64,000 nucleotides of DNA, taken from contig CM059425.1 in NCBI GenBank assembly GCA_030390025.1, forward strand, positions 20,212,001 to 20,276,000, read 5' to 3'. Positions 61,180 to 64,000 of this stretch are shown here, piece by piece. The notes below the pieces were generated by a model. The model was not told the origin of the DNA and ran no database searches. It saw only the letters and a program-made list of their open reading frames with translations. Made by a program: the position numbers and the translations under genes. Position 1 is the first letter of the stretch, and each line of letters starts with the position of its first letter. This DNA comes from Squalus acanthias. Taxonomy: Eukaryota.

Positions 61180-61215
61180 TATTTTAACAAAATGCATCTT
61201 TCTGTTTTCTTGCAG
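61180..61215 (+). promoter_or_regulatory. 3' splice site: putative branch point, polypyrimidine tract and AG
   Basis: ttttaac (branch-like) ... ctttctgttttcttgcAG immediately before the conserved GKDEPSSY exon start. Confidence 0.9.
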
Positions 61216-63218
61216 GTAAAGATGAGCCTTCAAGCTACATTTGCACAACATGCAAGCAGCCTTTCACGAGCGCCTGGTTCCTGCTCCAACATGCACAGAA
61301 TACACACGGATTCCGCATTTACTTGGAGACGCACCCATCGAACAGCCCCCTTACTCCTCGGATTGGCCTTCCACCCTCCTTGGGCCCAGACCCCATCTCA
61401 CAGTCCCCTCTTACTACTTTCCTGGGCGAGAACAATCCTTTCAACCTGCTGCGGATGACTGGACCTATCCTTCAGGAGCACCCGGGCTTTGGCGATGGCC
61501 GTCTCCCCAACACTCCCCCCATTTTCAGCCCGCCGCCTCGCCATCATCTAGACCCGCATCGTCTGGACCGCCTTAGTGCTGATGAAATGGGCTTGGTATC
61601 TCAGCATCATAGTGCCTTTGACAGAGTAATGCGCTTGAACCACCCACTGGGTATAGAATCCCAGACCATGGACTTCTCTAGGAGGCTCCGAGAACTGGCA
61701 GGGAACAGCAACTCCACTCCGCCCTTGTCGCCCAGCCGTCACAATCCTATGCATCGCTTACTTCAGCCCTTCCAGCCCAGCCCCAAGTCACCGTTTCTGA
61801 GCACTCCGCCACTGCCTCCCATGCCCCCCAGCAGCACAACCCCTCCTCAGTCGCAGGCCAAGAGCAAGTCCTGCGAGTTCTGCGGGAAAACCTTCAAGTT
61901 CCAGAGCAATCTGATTGTCCATCGGCGCAGCCACACAGGGGAGAAGCCGTACAAGTGTCAGCTCTGTGACCATGCCTGCTCCCAAGCCAGCAAACTGAAA
62001 CGTCACATGAAGACACACATACACAAGTCAGCCTCCATCACAGGCCGGTCAGACGACGGGCTCTCCACCACAAGTTCCCCCGAGCCCGGCACCAGTGAGC
62101 ACGCTGGCGGAGAAGGCTGCGGCCTAAAAGCCAACATAACGAATTTCAACACTGGCCTGGTGAATGAGAACGAGGAGGAGGAAGAGGAGGAGGAGGAGGA
62201 GGAGGAGGAGGAATTGGAGAATGAAAGCCGGCCCGAGTCCAGCTTCAGTATGGACTCCGAGCTGAGTCGCAACCGAGAGAATGGCTTCAAACTGCCAGTG
62301 AACGAAAAGCACTGTGTTCTGGGCAAAGTCATGGAAAATGTAGGCCTCCGTGCAATCCAGCATTACAGTGACGTGCTGACTGACAAGCAGAAACGTAATA
62401 TCTTCTCGAAACGATCTTCTGACGGTCAGAGAGACACTGGAGACGAAGACTCTGTTGCAGGAGAACTGGACCGGCCGGAAGATGGCACAGTGAACGGAAG
62501 AGGTTTTGGTCCCGGCGAGCCTTTCCCTATCATGTTGCCTCGGAAACCTCCTCCTATCACCAGTCCCTCTCTGTCGATCGCTTCTGCGAAAAGAATCAAA
62601 ATGGAGAAAGACCTAGACTTGTCCTCGGCCCCTTTAATTCCCTCTGAGAATGTTTACTCCCAATGGCTGGTGGGCTACGCAGCATCAAGGCACTTCATGA
62701 AAGACCCCTTCCTGGGCTTCGGCGACTCCAGACAATCTCCCTTCGCCACTTCTTCCGAGCACTCCTCGGAGAACGGCAGCCTGAGGTTCTCCACCCCGCC
62801 CGGGGACATGCTGGACGGAGGTCTCTCGGGGCGCAGCGGCACAGCCAGCAGCGGCAGCACCCCCCACATGGGAGGGCCCGGCCCGGGGAGGCCGAGCTCC
62901 AAGGAAGGGCGCCGGAGCGACACTTGCGAGTATTGCGGCAAAGTGTTCAAAAACTGCAGCAACTTGACAGTGCACCGCAGGAGCCACACCGGCGAACGGC
63001 CTTATAAATGCGAGCTCTGCAACTATGCATGCGCCCAGAGCAGCAAGCTGACGCGCCACATGAAAACGCACGGCCAGATCGGCAAGGAGGTTTACAGGTG
63101 CGACATTTGTCAAATGCCCTTCAGCGTTTACAGCACCCTTGAGAAACACATGAAAAAATGGCACGGAGAACACTTGCTGACAAGCGACGTAAAAATCGAA
63201 CAAGCAGAAAGAAGCTAA
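61216..63218 (+). CDS. BCL11B: BCL11B (CTIP2) terminal coding exon; C2H2 zinc-finger transcription factor, partial CDS (upstream exons lie outside the window)
   Basis: Acceptor ttttcttgcAG|GT AAA GAT GAG opens phase-1 (G)[37 protein letters not shown], in frame with the 631-aa ORF (61323-63218). Zinc fingers [109 protein letters not shown]11B-diagnostic residues: [48 protein letters not shown] and C-terminus [21 protein letters not shown] at 63216-63218. Confidence 0.97.
62172..62213 (+). repeat. Coding (GAG)n repeat encoding 14 glutamates (acidic domain)
   Basis: gag x3, gaa, gag x9, gaa in frame within the BCL11B exon. Confidence 0.95.
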
Positions 63219-64000
63219 AGCTCCTTGAAGTAAAAAGAGACTTGGTTTTAAAAAAAAAACACACACACACACAAAAATTCAATTGTAAAGCTTAATTAAT
63301 TGCCAACTGAGAAAGTCGGCCCAGAGTGCCTCCTGTGGCACTTAAATATTTTCAAGGTATAATTTGTATCTGAGAAGCTCAATCAAACCTGAGGGTGATG
63401 TAGAGGCAGTAAAATCATGTTGAGCCTTTTCAACTGTGCAATAATTTCTGTATTTATTATTTTTTTTAAATATTTTTTCAAGCATCATGTGCAGGTACTT
63501 TTTTTTTCTTTTTCCTTTTTTTTTTCGTTGTTTGAAACTTCTTTTTTTTTTTGGGTATCCCTTTTGATTTTACCCGCTTTTTAAAAAAAAAACCTGAGAT
63601 TACTTGCATTTTGAGGTGCAGATCTGTAGAAATAACCCTTTTCTCGGGCCGCTGCTTATGTGGAATTGAATAGTTAAGCTACTCAACACAGTAATTTCTT
63701 GAATAGAAGCCGCGTTTATTCATTCTTTTATTATTTTTTTAAAAGGTGGAGGGGGGTGGGTGGGGGTTTGGAGGACGGATTGGAATTGCACACAAAAAAT
63801 TTTTTTTTTTTTTAAAGAGATTTTAAGAAAAGAAAAAGCCACAGCGGATCACAATCCTAATCGTAGCACTTAACAGGTTTTTATCGCAAGCTGGGTTCGA
63901 AATGTAGCACTGATCTCGCCAGCCTCTGGTGTCTGGAACTGCCGTTGTCGGTTTTTTTAGTCAATGACGCCTGGCTAAAGCTAAGACAGTTTATAACGAT
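63219..64000 (+). other. Proximal 3' UTR of BCL11B (continues past the window end)
   Basis: Follows the stop codon; U-rich, free of recognisable interspersed repeats; contains miRNA seed matches; BCL11B genes have long 3' UTRs. Confidence 0.8.

Larger units (their letters stand above)
1..61215 (+). other. Distal part of a large BCL11B intron
   Basis: No upstream BCL11 exon (e.g. DLLTCGQCQMNFPLGDIL, ICPKQE) seen in the ORF track. Ends in a pyrimidine tract plus CAG. A short unrecognised alternative exon cannot be excluded. Confidence 0.85.

Noticed and set aside
61323-63218. 631-aa ORF as a complete single-exon gene
   Set aside because: Its 'start' is a TTG Leu codon inside the exon; the frame extends back to the splice acceptor at 61216.
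61216-63218. Assignment to BCL11A
   Set aside because: C-terminus [35 protein letters not shown] and [14 protein letters not shown] are BCL11B-type despite some A-like residues.
61548-63272. Antisense and alternative-frame ORFs over the exon (e.g. 195 aa at 62685-63272)
   Set aside because: Shadow ORFs expected from GC-rich coding DNA; no recognisable domain.

Overview
Eukaryotic genomic DNA from a cartilaginous fish, most likely a shark, judged from its SINE/LINE content. About 61 kb (1-61215) is the distal part of a large intron. It ends at a canonical splice acceptor (AG at 61214-61215) leading into the last coding exon of BCL11B (CTIP2; + strand, 61216-63218, six C2H2 zinc fingers and a 14-Glu tract), followed by the start of the 3' UTR. 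The intron is a mosaic of L2 and CR1/HER1-type LINE 3' fragments, many Deu-domain (SacSINE1-like) SINEs, one V-SINE (HE1-like), diverged AmnSINE2-like copies, a third tRNA-headed SINE with its partner LINE tail, hAT MITE relics, Penelope-like palindromic relics, simple repeats and a 138-N gap. Repeat-free, motif-dense blocks between them look like conserved non-coding enhancers. I found no second protein-coding gene, no prokaryotic system and no convincing new multi-gene system. The most notable items are a spacer-less perfect 132-bp palindrome with a 12-bp flanking duplication and half a hammerhead ribozyme (17111-17302), an unexplained ~240-bp duplicated block (47997/53237), a pre-miRNA-like hairpin (19437-19501) and BCL11A-like motifs retained in this BCL11B. 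Repeat family names come from recalled consensus sequences, not database searches, and repeat boundaries are approximate.
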